DNA of 64,000 nt from Monocercomonoides exilis PA203 (GCA_001643675.2 LSRY02000043.1:744001-808000), one strand, 5' to 3'; shown: positions 14,194 to 26,800, numbered from the stretch's first letter. Notes: generated from the letters alone by a model not told the origin. Translations and numbers: made by a program.

Positions 14194-17100
14194 ATGTCAT
14201 CTTTTGTCACTCCAAAATCAACTTTATCCACCAAAGCTTGGCAGGATGGGATTATATCGAAGTGAAATTTTTTCATTTTAAATGTTATCAAACTATTTGA
14301 ATTCATATGTTTTTTCATTATTTTCATGTTTAACGAATAGGAAATTGATGATTTGAAAAAAAATATGAAAATAAAAATTTAATAAAAAAATTCATTTTTG
14401 GGTCATGATGAAAATAAATTTAAAATCAATTAATCGTCGCTCCAATTTGATGCATTAGCACCATCAGAAATCTCATCGCTTGAAGTATTATCATCTTCTG
14501 GAACAGAAATTTCACCTATATCATCTATATCAGGAACATCATTTACGATTTCTTCTTCTTCTTCAATAATTTCTCTCTCATTTTCTCTTCCATAGACGAT
14601 GTATCCCACAATATCCAAAAAAAAAACTTTCACCGTTTTTTTTTCACCATCCAAAAAGAAAGATAGTCTCCAATATATTTCTCCCTTATGCCATGTGTGG
14701 AAAAAAAGATCTCAGATGTGACCACATTCCTTTCACTGTATTTGTGCATGCCTGTGTAATTGGATCCACAAAATTTTTTGGATGATTCACTGTTTGATGG
14801 ATGTGGCCATGATCCTTCAAGCTGCTGTACGCACGCCATTCATCGCTCATTATTGTGGTTCCTGGATGGATATGAGATTTTATTAGAGGAACAAGTGTTT
14901 CGGCACTTCGGTCGGAACATGAAAAACAAATCTTCTTTTTGTATTTTACTTATCTTCATTTCTTTCAATTCCTCCAAATATCCATATCTGCTTTTTTCTT
15001 CTGCCTCTCTTATTCTTTCTTCTTCTCCAAATGCATTCGTCGATTTCAACTGTTTTTCCAAAACCACCTATCATAATAGAGTTTCGATGTATGATATTCA
15101 TGCACTCAACACGTAAAACACTACTCCAATATCCCACAATTAAAAAATCAACTTCTATTATTGAGCTTATCTGAGTTTGCATAAGCCCTTGCCATAGAAA
15201 TAAAACGATTAATAAGAATTTGTCAAGGCCAATTTTGTTATTTTCCAATCTAGTGTTTTTGAAAACTGTCCGTTTTTTAGTGCATTTGTACCACATCCAA
15301 TATCTGTAAGTTCATTTTTCATTCAATAAAGTCAAACTCTTATGGTGAATAGTACACTCTGGATGTTTGTCTTGTAAAAAACAAATTGATAAAACCACTG
15401 CCAAGCCTTTTCTTCACCAGTGAATGTTTTCAAAAGTTCAAAATTATGTTCCTTTTCATCTTCGGGATACGCCATTTACACTGAAGTTTTATTTGTTCAA
15501 ACCCATAAAACGCTTGTTTCACTCAAAATTCTATATTTTCATAAAAAATATACTTGTCATATTCTAGCATTTTTAAAAACATAAAAATTGTTAGAATTCA
15601 CAAACAAATATGTTTCTATAGAAAAATAAAAGTTTTGAGTACTTCGATATAATACCATAATGCCCAAAGCTTCGGCTGCTTGGGAAAGTTTGAAAAAAAT
15701 ATGCGGAGATTCTATTAAGCAAGTGATTATCTACCTCATCAACAGTCACAGAGATGCGTCTGAGGTTATGAACGAAGTTCGTCAAGAGATTGATGGTTTG
15801 TTATTTTTTTGTTTATTTGATATTTATGATATCTGACTATTCTTCAAACAAACTCTTCAAAAAAATTATTTATAATGTTATTGTTATTCATTCACTTTTT
15901 TCGATTTCGAAGAAAATTTAAAAATGTTGATTAGTGATTTGGCGATTATTTACAACACTGCGCAACAGCATACGCAAACAATGCTTCTGCAGGCTCTTTC
16001 TCGATTTTTATCATTAAGGCAGCTTTTAAATAATGAGTTCGACGTTACTCAAGGAAAGTACAGCTATGCGAAAAGTGTCTTGAAGCGCAACCAAGGAATA
16101 ATCGAGCAGCAGCAATAACCAAAAATTCCCGAATGCAAGAAAAGTTTTTTATTTTTTATTCTTTCAAAGTTCAAGTCACAATAAATTTCTTGGATTGACT
16201 GATGGAGAACGGCATGTCGGAAATCAATGGATGATAGAACATTCATCTGAATTATCATCCAGATTATCATTCAGTCAAAAGAAAAAAATCTCTTCATCGG
16301 AAGCCAAGTATCTGGATGAATCTGCATGGAATGATCTGATTTGTTATGGAAGTGAAACCACTGAACAGAATTTCTTTAATGAAAAAGTCCTGAAAGTTGC
16401 TGGAATTATGATTGAATCTCTTCCAGAGCAAGATAAAAAATGCATTAATCATTCGATGGAGAAGAATAAAAGCAAATCGTTTGATTTTTATTCGTAATTT
16501 ATTAATTAAACTCTTCACATTTCTTTTATCAGCAATAACGATTCCAAAAAACAATCCAAGCATCACCCTCAACACCAAATAATCACCATCCATAAAGATT
16601 TGAGTTTACAAAATAAAGCTAATTCCCAGTTACAGACTTCTGGCGTTCAAATGAAATATTCACAAGCAAGTGAAAAATCTTCAATTCATGATTTCAAATG
16701 AAGCATTTCTTTTCCTCCTCTTGTTCCTCATACGTTTTGGTCCACTTTTATAGAGACTAAATTGAGCGATCATCATAATATCGATATTCTGAAAAGCCAG
16801 CAAAGCAATTCGAAATGTTGTTCATCAGGTTCAAGTCAAACAAAAAAATTATCGGAAAAACGAGATAGCTTATCAAATGAAGTCTTCCCATGAAATCAAA
16901 ATCATTCAATACGGAAAGATTTTAATATTCCTTTTAAGCAGATAACAGTGAACGAACAATTTCAAAAATTGTCAGAGTCAAACCTTCAAAACCAGCATCA
17001 TTCATCGAAAGGAGAAATGAATGAAGATTCTTCTCATTGTCTCATTGTGATCAAATTGCAAAAAGAAAAGGTCTCGAAAATCTCGGAAATACCTGTAACT

Positions 17101-19445
17101 TCTCATCATTGCTTCAGTGTTTGTCTTCTTTAACAAGAATGGATTCCACAATTTTTAACAATCAGCAAACAGCAAACAAACTTTCTCACAAGGTCCTTCA
17201 CATCGCAAAGTCATTACATGCAAATGATTTCTCATCTTCACTCTGGAATCCAGATTTCATATTCGAATGGGATAATTATTGCAATCATGGACATTTCAAT
17301 CAACAGAATGTGTCCGAAGCATATTTAAAAATGATTGACCTGTTTAATAAAGAAGGATGCTCAAACATTGACACATTTACAATTCAAGTCTCACACAATG
17401 TGTTATGCAATAACTGTGGAACGTTCCACTCAAAGCAATACAACAATGTGCGAGATATCATTATTTACGATAGCTCAGTTATTGAAGGGTTGAGGAAAGA
17501 ATTTTCTAAAGAAAATTTTACAAAGAATAACAAAATATTTTGTGAACAATGCCAAGGATTTGAAAACTCGAAAAAATGGACAGAAATCAATAAATTTCCA
17601 ACAGTATTGACCATCACTCATGAAACCTAATATGATAATTTTTCAATCCCTCCCAAAAATTTAATATTCAAAATGGACAAGGATTCAAAAACAACTCATT
17701 GTGTTGAAGCAAATGATAAGCTTCATGAGAACGAACTTGTTTATGAAGGAGAATGCATATCATATGATCTGGTCGGTCAAATTTTGTTCAAACAACTTGA
17801 CAATTCAAACGGTCATTATGTTTGCGTGAGCAAAACCGTTTTCAATAAAGTTGATCATTGGTTCGTCTGCAATGACTCCACAACAAACGAAATATCACCA
17901 TCAAAATGGAGAGAAGTTTGGAGACATCTTTTTGATAAAGGTTACGTTCCATCCTTTTCTCTGTATCACAAAAACCAGACAATTGCAGCAAAAACATCAT
18001 TAACAAAAGGCGGAAAAAAAACTGATGAGAATCTTCTATCTGATAATTCTCCTCCAACATTTTCACATGCAGAACTTCTTGGAGCAATGAAAAGGGCAAA
18101 CGACATTTCATCGAACATTTTCCCCACCATTTCATCTTCGACATCTTCTCTCAACAAAAAAATTAAAAATCGAATAAAAGTCTTTTCTCCATTTGAAAGG
18201 CGTTTAATACTCAAATTAAAGACAACTCTATGGAAAGAATTCTCTATTGAAACTGGAATAAAAGTTTCATTGTCCAGTTTCTATAAATTGACTTCTCAAT
18301 TTGTTAGGGCAAAAAAGAGAACTGATGTTTGCGAATTGTGTCACAAATACGAGCATTTAATAATAAAGCAGAGATCACTTCAACAAGGGAAAACTCTTTC
18401 AAACGAAGAAATAAAGGAAATCAAATTTTTGAAGCTGCACAAAGCAATTGCTGATTTACAGCGGAGGCACTTTCATCTCTCAATCGATTCATTGAAGGAT
18501 TATGAAGTCGTTGTGTTATGGGATTTCAAAGAAAAGTGGAAATTGCCTCTTCGAAAAGATCAACTTCAACAGGAGTTTTACAACTATCATCAAGCATCTC
18601 ACCTCTCAATAATCACATATCAGGCTTCAAATTCAAACATATTGAAGAAAACATACAACTTTATTTCAAACAGCATCTCAAACGATCACAATTATAACAT
18701 TGACTGTTTAACCTCTGTACTGAAAAGGAAAGATTACGAAAATGTTACTTCTTTCAAGTTCTTTTGTGATTCTGGGCCTCACAATAGAAACAAATACATA
18801 TTACACTTTGTTCTGAGTCCTCAATCTTCGTTATTCGAAAAGGGCGAATGTGAATTGAACTTTTTCTGTGAACACCACGGAAAAAATGAATGTGATTCTG
18901 AATTCGGCACACTTGTAAATGTTCTTAAAAACAACATTGAATCGGAAGCACTTGTAAGTGAAAAGGATCTGATTGAATTGTTCAAGCGACATTTTGATAA
19001 TGAAAATAACGTTTCCAATCCTCAATGCAACAGCAAAACAAAAACACATTCAAATTACGAACACATGCCAAATAATTTCATTCCAAAAAGCAAAGTCATT
19101 CATAAACGTTTCTTTGAAGAACACATTCCATCGAAAGAAAATACACGATGTGCTTTTGTGATTCCTCATATGAAGAATTATTTGTTTTTTGAACGAAAAG
19201 GCAAATCAATTAGTGGATCAATTGTAGGACATTATTCACAACGTTCATTGATATCAATTAACGGATGCTCAATCAAAGAAAAAATACAAAAAGTTAATAA
19301 ACCAAATTACTCTATCAAAAATTCCCAAAATTCTGTTTCATTTAATTCTTTTTCAAATGTTTTGTATTATAATCGTGCTAATCTTTTGAAAAATGTTTCT
19401 TTATTGTTTGATGATTTCAATAAAAACTGTCGAGATAAAAAATGA
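14194..19445 (+). pseudogene. Sola2-like DDD transposase with inserted USP (peptidase C19) domain, copy 1; interrupted by a Merlin element and stops
   Basis: Exon 1 MSSFVTPKSTLSTKA|SAAWESLKK is restored by removing 14240-15672; GT intron at 15796. USP Cys box GLENLGNTC (Cys 17094), QQNVSE, His box NGHY (17814) and WFVCND. Transposase RTDVCELC, WDFKEKW, FCDSGPHNRN, HHGKNECDSEFG. Single in-frame TAA at 17628. Confidence 0.8.
14240..15664 (-). mobile_element. Merlin/IS1595-like transposon, frameshifted transposase
   Basis: TIRs GGCAGGATGGGATTATATCGAAGT / GGCATTATGGTATTATATCGAAGT; 8-bp TSD CAAAGCTT (14232-14239, 15665-15672); IGGFGKTVEIDE..WRRRK..RGR..WIFGG motif. Confidence 0.9.
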
Positions 19446-19454
19446 CCCAATTAT

Positions 19455-19582
19455 GCTGTGCATGCTTATCTTATATTCAATCGGAAGGATATAAAACTAG
19501 ACAAAACAAATTGACAGCTTAATTTGTCCGGACTTGGATACGTTGTTTTGCCTCCCAGGTGCACAGCTTTCATTTTCCGATT
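19455..19582 (+). ncRNA. Putative structured RNA (unknown family) 3' of USP-transposase, copy 1
   Basis: Conserved with 29201-29347 (minus) in blocks TGTGCATGCTTA, ATCGGAAGG, TCCGGACYTGGATACG, GCCTCCCAGGTGCACA and TCCGAT, with covarying stems between them. Confidence 0.65.
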
Positions 19583-19699
19583 CAAACAATTTCACATAAA
19601 TATAAATTCTTTTTGTAATTTTGGCTTCACCTTTCGATGACATTTAAATAATTAATTTTTAATTTTTTTAACTTTTTTAAAAATTTTCAATTTTAATTA

Positions 19700-19760
19700 A
19701 TTTTTAATTTTTATTTTTATTTTTATTTTTATTTTTATTTTTATTTTTATTTTTATTTTT
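19700..19760. repeat. (TTTTTA)n microsatellite
   Basis: Directly visible tandem units. Confidence 0.85.
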
Positions 19761-21104
19761 TCATATATATGGTTATCCATTGTTTGTGTTATTTGAAATT
19801 GAATTGGGGAAATAAAAGAAAGATATGATTATTTATAAATTATTTTGATTTTTTGTTGTATTGAGAAGATGTTTTTTTGATCAATAATTGAGTGAATGTG
19901 CTCTTTATTGAAACAATTATTGGTTTTCTTTTGTAATTCGAATTCAAAAGTTTTTTGTTTGGGCTTTACAAATTGTGCATCTGAGTTCTTTTATGGAAAA
20001 TATTATTCTAAGAAATTGAGATGGATAATTTTCTTTTTTGAGTAATATTTGAAATGTTTTTTTGTATGTTTGGTGTGGAAAGATTATTTGTCAATGCTTT
20101 TTTGAACTTTTTGGAAAAGATATAGTAATCATTGTTATTCTATCATTTGAAAAAGATAAAAAAGATTTATCGTTTTCTGCCTTACAATTAAGTTTTTTTT
20201 CCTGATTCGTTAACTATAATTTTGTCGTTTTTGAGAAATACAAATTTTTTTTGAACTTTCATTATTCATCCATTCGTTTTCAATCAACTGCAATTTTTCT
20301 GAGTGTTCATAGGAATAAAAGTTTGTTATTTGTCATATTATCTTATTCAGTATTTTCTTCATCCTCTTTTTTCATCAATTTTCCAAAAAGATATCTCGAA
20401 TTTTTTAAAAAAAAGAGAGATACTGTTAGTGATTATGTCGAAAGTATTGCAAAAGTTGTTTATTTAATTTTCGAGTCCAATGTTATTATTTATTGATAAG
20501 GTGAAATGTTCAGTTCAAAAATGGTTGATGATTTTGGTCGAATATTTTCTTTCTTTTTTCATTTGTCTATTTCACTTTAATTTTTGTTGATGTTTTCTTC
20601 ACTATCAACATTGTTTGAATTTTTTGTTCAATTTAATCGAAACAACAATGTTTTTTTCTTATGTCTTCCATTAAACTTTTATTATTTTGTCTTGAAGATA
20701 ATATTTATTTGTTGCATCTGCTATAATTTTGTTTATTAAAAAATAATATAACGAAATAAACACTTCAAATACATTATTATTTTTATTCACATTTTTTTTC
20801 AACGATTTCAAGTTTTGATTTACTCAAAAAACTTAATTGAAGACAATAAATCCTTTTTCATTTTTTGAATTCAAAATATTTTCTTTGATTGTGAATAAGA
20901 TAATGAATGATCAAAAATTTGAATAATCCTTTATTATTCAATTGTTTTTGCTAACGATTAATCAAACAATAAAAATATCGAATTGGTTTTGTATTGTCTT
21001 TATAATTTGCGAAGATTAATAATGAAAATAACCCATTATCTTTTTTTCCATGAAATATAAACTTTCATGAAATTTTTTATGATGTCAAAAAAAATCACCC
21101 ATAT

Positions 21105-21813
21105 TAAGAAGATACGCAGAAGATGCTCTCCTTCCATGAATCATGGGACGACGAACTATTTTAAACAAAGATGAAGAAAGATGCCTTCTCCTGCTGGACT
21201 CTCATCCGTCAAGGGTCCAGTCCGACATTTTACAAATAATACCAAATTCCTCTATCGACATTGTAACATTCCTCTCTCACAGCACACATTTTACTCAGCC
21301 TCTCGACCGAGGAGTATTTGCCGTCTTCAAAAAATGTTTTTACACAAAATATGTCATTCCTTCTTCTTCATCTGTCTCCCTTCGAAGAAAAGCAATTGCC
21401 GATGCCCTTCCTCAGGCTCTGCAAACAGCATTATCTCCTAAAACAATAGTTTCATCGTTTGTCAAAAGTGGAGTGTTATCTATTCAATGGCATGCTGTTC
21501 TTTCCACTTTACCTGATGAGCATTCTGTCACTCTGAAGAAAAAGAACCACAGATTTGTTTTCATGGAAAAATTACAACCGACTAAGATTTTTTGGATAAA
21601 TGGAGAAATCAAAAGAAAATGAAAGAAGAGAAGATTATAAATGATGATTATGAAAAAACTGTGGAAAAAAAATTGTTTGAGAATGAAAAACCAAAGAAAA
21701 GGATAATTCCACGAAAAAAAGTTTATTTTGATGATAATTCTGGAGATGAAAGAAAACAAGAAAATTCCAGAAAAATAATCAAGAGAGAGTTGATTGATTA
21801 TGTTTATTACTAG
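21105..21813 (+). pseudogene. pogo-like transposase, C-terminal part
   Basis: LLLLDSHPSR, HSTHFTQPLDRGVFAVFK, SFVKSGV. Confidence 0.85.
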
Positions 21814-22767
21814 CGAACATTTATTTAGAAACAAACATGCTATAGTGAAATAAAAATTTTTTTATTTTTTCATTCCCATATAAAAAATTATCTGGATAAA
21901 AAAACCACCCTGAATGAATGTTAATCAATTCGAATTTTTCAAAATAGGAATAATAAATATATTATGTAATTTTATGTTGTTTCAAGATTAAAATGGAACC
22001 AGTCGTGAACGATTGTGTTACCGTTTTTAGCAAAAACAAAAACTTCTAAATTCCAAAATTGTGTATTTTAACAAAAGGAAGATAAAACTGACAAATAAAT
22101 AGATTCAATTGTTTGTTGAACGTTTATCTTCATGCTGAAATTCATAATAATTAGAAAACGATTCATTTTCACATTCGATGGAAAATGATCAAAAAAATTA
22201 AAAAAACTCACAAAAAATACTTTGTTAGTAAAAATAATAATTTAATATTTAATGTTGACGTGTTTTTGACTTCAACCTTCAAAACATTGTTTTATGACAA
22301 AAGCAAGACTTTCAGGCCACAATTGAAAAAAACTGGTTTTTCTCAAAAACACTGCCATTTATTTAAAATTACTGGGAAATCTTGAAATAAACAATTTATT
22401 TTGAAATATCTTTTTATTTCACAATTTATATAATAATCCTTTTATTCAAAATCAAAAATAGTTTTCGTCATTGAATCATCACAGAAATAATTCCTGTTAT
22501 GAAAAAAGTCAAAGGAAATAGTCACATGCTACAGATTGATCTATTCGACCGAACGATCTTTGTCGATTGATTGATCTCGACAAAGATTTGTAGATAACCT
22601 ATTTAATTGTATTTTGGGATATTTTATTAGAAAATAATTAAAAAAATAAAAAAGTTGTTTTTCATCAAAATTTGTTTGCAATTTTCAAGAAAAAAATAAA
22701 TTGAATAAAAAAAAAGAGTTTCGCAATAAAAAACATGAAATTATAAATTGGGTGTTTTTCTTTGATA

Positions 22768-23163
22768 CAGATATTGCATAAAATACCGGACATCGCACAA
22801 AGTACCGGACAAGATCGATATCTCAATAACTGTAAGAGAAATAATTCTGACAATTTTCCTCAAAACACACCTCATCAATACAAACTCACGTGACATACAA
22901 AACTTTCAAAGCAGCTTCATTTGTGCTCAGAAAAAATAATAATTAAAATCTCGGAGAAATAGGATTTTGAGTTTCTCCGAGATTTATAAAATTATTTTTT
23001 TCTGAGCACAAATGAAGCTGAAGTGAAGTCTTGTTTTTCAAATGAGTTTGCATTGACAAGGTGTGTTTTGAGGAAAATTGTCAGAATTATTTCTCTTACA
23101 GTTATTGAGATATCGATCTTGTCCGGTACTTTGTGCGATGTCCGGTATTTTATGCAATATCTG
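22768..23163. mobile_element. 396-bp fold-back MITE, CAG...CTG ends, TA TSD (Tc1/pogo type)
   Basis: About 105 bp of perfect inverted repeat, then imperfect symmetry to the centre (~22965); TA at 22766-22767 and 23164-23165. Confidence 0.9.
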
Positions 23164-23869
23164 TATCATTAAAAAATAGCGAAGTTTGATCATAAATTTT
23201 TTTCATAAAGGGATATGTTGAAAAGATTTATTTTATTCGAAATTGAATGCAAATATTGTTTAATATATTGTTATTATTTATTATTTGCTAGTTTTTGTTA
23301 GTTTCAGATTGTTTTTGTTTCATATTTTGATAAAAAACATAATAAAAAAAAAATATCGAAAATTAAATAAACATCATTAAACATGTTATCTTGCTTGAAA
23401 AGCATGATAATGATTGTTTCAATACTCAATAAATCAATTTCTTAAATGAAGAATGTTAAATAATGTATTGAAAAGAAATTTCAAAATGGATGTTGAAGAT
23501 CCAAATAAAAATGTTAAAAAAAAACAATTAGCACAAACACAAAAACAAAAATATGATAGGTATGCAAGATATTTAACAAGAAATTAACAGTTTGTAGTTC
23601 ATTTCGATTTTAAAACAAATAATTCAAAAAAGAACTTTTATAGATTTATTCGTCGAATTCTGTCCAAACAAGTTCATCTTTCTATTAATCTTCATTCTCT
23701 TCATTCGCTTAACAATCTTCTTCTCATATTCAACATGTTTCTTTTTTGGAAAATGCCCTCATTATTCAAAAAAAAATAATATTCATTAGCCAAAAATGAA
23801 GAAATCCGATAAAATGATGTGAGCAATGATAATGAAAAAGTGCAAAATGATGTTTTTGGATATTAAGAA

Positions 23870-26800
23870 GTTAGAAATGAACATGAAGAAGGAGCCTAAA
23901 TATCGGAAAAAGTCGATTGAGAAGAAAAATTATAAAAAATGTCGAAGAAGAAAAAGAAGAGGGTGAAGAAGAGTTTGAAGAGGAAGAAGAGGAAGGAGAA
24001 AAAGAGAACGAAGAAGAATTAGAAGGATAATGAGATGCCGCAGAAGGCAGAAGCGGAGAAGATGAATTAATAAGTATTGGGTTCATCGTGTTTCTCACGG
24101 ATTTGGAGAATTTTATGTCTTCGTTTAAGAGTTTTTGGGATTGGATGAGAGGAAAAAAATAAAGGTGAGAAGAGTGAAAGAAGGTAAAGAGGAGGAAGAT
24201 GAAGAAGAGGAAGAAGATTGAAGCTGCGACATTAACAGAGCAGGGACGAAAGTTGCTGGTGAAGATAAAAGAGCATCCTTTTTAAAATGAGGAAGTGTCC
24301 TTAGAAAAAAGACTCCGCATTGTTGAATTCTCAGGAATTGTTCCAGATGGCTGGGAGAAAAGAAAGAGAAGGAAATGTTTGTTGACGATGCTGAAGTGGA
24401 AGAGAACGAGTCGAAGGAAAAGGAATGTAAATTGAAGATGGAGAATTATTTGTTGTGAATGACGTAAAAGATGGAGAAGGAGAGGGAGAATTCGAAAGAG
24501 AAGAAAAAAGTTACTGAAAGGAGGTGATGCTTGTCTGAAGCTGATGTGGAAGAATTGCTGAGAATTAGTCTTTCTTTATCTGATAGGGAAGTTCTCCTCC
24601 TCATCCACTTGCTGTTCCTGATGCATTTATCGCATGCCAACAGAAGTTGTTTTAGCTCCATCAGCAGCAGAGTTTGAAGACCCATTCATATCCTGTGCAT
24701 TTGTTGTTATATTCCATGCAAATAAAGTAAACTGAGATTCAGATGTCTGCTGAATAGAAGAAGAAGATAAAGCAGAATGTGTGGATTGTTGTGATAATGC
24801 AGCGTTAACAACCTTCAGTCGCTGGATGAGAGAGGCAGAAATGAACATCGAAGGAGAAGAAGAAGGTTTCTGGACATGGTGTGTCTCGAATATGGCTGAT
24901 ATTTTGTGGAGCAAGTCCTTCTTCACCATCAACCAGTGATCAGCGGTGACAACAGCGTTGAGTGCGGTGCGCGTGGCCAGCGGACGAAGCAGCAGGCGAT
25001 TGGATTACGCGGCAGAAGGGCAGAGGGGCTGCGTGGAGAATAAGATGATGGAAGGTGTTGTGATGAAGGATAGCATGGACCGAGAAATGGAAATAGAAAT
25101 GATACAAGAGGTGAAAAGAGAAGGAATTGAAAGCACAGCAGATGAAGAAAAAGGAGCTGAAAGCGGCTTTGAAGGCAAAGTGATTACGATTGGAGTGAGT
25201 GGATGAAAAAGCATGAGAGGACACACGAAGACAAGAGGCACCCATGAAAACTTGAGAGAAAAAGGCAGAATCGAAGGCTACTCTTCTTTATGTGGCTGTT
25301 CAACGCGCAGCGGAGTAACCTTGTGTGTGTTGAATCTGTCAGTTCGAGCAGAGTTTCTCCGATGGATGGGACATATGCTGTTCTTTGAGGAGGAACCAAA
25401 ATTGTATTTTCTGAGGCAGACGGCAATATTTACTTGTCTTTGAAAAGGACAAACGAAGAAAACAAAAGCGGGTCAAGCAGAATATTCGCATTGATTGCAT
25501 ATGACTTTCTTTCCATTGCATACAAAGAGAAGTTATTTTCATCATTCTTTCTATTGATCTTGATCTGCACATCAAAAACAGTTCCAAATGTTTTTCTCTC
25601 TTCGCAGAACAGCTCAACTGTCTCTTACCTCGTCCCCTCCTTCCACAGCTGCCCTTCCTTCTCCTCTCCACACATTCATCTCCTTTCTCATGTTCTCCAC
25701 CAGATGTGCATCTTTCACTGCATCTTTTCCTCCGTAACTGAACAGCCTCGTGCCACACTACAGGCTCAGAAACGAGTTCGCATCATTCACTAATATTCCC
25801 CCTGTTGCACTGGCACGAGATGATGGAATCGTAATGGGCTTTGGAAGCTGAGGTGACCCGAGCTGGTTGAAAAGATGGGATAGCGCCTTTCCGAGTGAAT
25901 AAAGCAAAGCGGCGACTTCTTTCTGCCCTATCTGCTGCATCGACCGCACAAACAGCGTCTCCAGCCCTGACTTCTGTCTGTATTTTCTCCCAAACACAGA
26001 AGGATTTCCATAGTCATCCACTCCTCCTCCTCCTCCTCCTCCGTCTTCTCCATTTACATTGGTATAGCCTGTCTGGATAGACAAACTCGCTAATAAACAA
26101 GCCGCAGCAAACCCATTCGCAACAGCTATTCTGAGGAGTGCCTGCATTGTTCTGCCGAGTACTGCTCTGATGGCAGACAAGATAAGATGCCTTCGTGACA
26201 CAGAAACAGCCAATAAACTGTGGTTGCTGTGCCTTAGGCGCGGGTTCTGCCGGGCTTCTCTGCCTCCGTCTGAGCCAATTGCGTTCTCGTCTTCTTCTTT
26301 TGCATTGTTTTCCTTTGTAGGCTAGGCTCAAGGTAAGGACAGCGGTTGAGAAGTCTGACTGAGCTCTCCGCTGGAGATGGTTGAGGTGTGTGAGAAAGTG
26401 ACATGCGACTTCTTCTGATTGCTTTTTTGGGATGTCGATGAAAACATCTTTGGCTGTTTGTGAGGGAAGCGCAGGGCAGGGCGTGTGTATGAGTCTTCTT
26501 CTCTTTCTGTCGTCTTGTCTGTCTCATCGGCATTTGATGTGTCAGCTGATCGTGTTATATCCAAACAATCTTCGTCATCACTAACGTCACTAACGTAACT
26601 ATCATCGCTATCGTCGTTGTCTTCGTCTTCACTATCTTCTTCTGCTTCTTCAGTGTCTGTTGTACCTGCTCCGTTCACTCACTCTTTCCTCTCTTCATTT
26701 CGAATCAAATAGTTCATGTTCTTCCCTTTCCCTCTCGGCAAGAACTTTCTTTTTTGCTTCTTTGCCTTGCTTTCCTCTTCCTGAACGAGATTTGCATAAA

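Larger units (their letters stand above)
7756..21100 (+). mobile_element. 13.3-kb Sola2-like TIR element (element A) carrying a USP-transposase gene and host-like cargo
   Basis: GGGTGTTTTTTTTTGACATCGTAAAAAA at 7756 is inverted at TTTTTTATGATGTCAAAAAAAATCACCC ending 21100; ATAT duplicated at 7752-7755 and 21101-21104; removal restores the pogo reading frame. Confidence 0.88.
6252..21912 (+). mobile_element. pogo-like (DDE_1, DD35D) DNA transposon, decayed and split by a 13.3-kb insertion
   Basis: Left TIR TAGGGTGGTTTTTTTATCCGGA at 6252 matches right TCTGGATAAAAAAACCACCCTG ending 21912. Transposase halves are IFNTDES...NDG* (to 7755) and LLLLDSH-x-QPLDRGVF (21105-21622), with 35 residues between the last two Asp. 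Confidence 0.85.

Noticed and set aside
17628-17630. TAA/TAG read as Gln (code known from Streblomastix)
   Set aside because: The 1225-aa, 756-aa and 590-aa ORFs contain many Gln with no internal TAA/TAG, RasGEF ends in TAA, and the broken genes also have frameshifts and TGA stops.
19455-19582. Assignment of the RNA to U2, glmS, pistol, GIR1 or Fanzor omega-RNA
   Set aside because: Only short word matches (e.g. GCCTCCC, CAGGTGCA); topology differs and no RuvC/TnpB ORF is visible.
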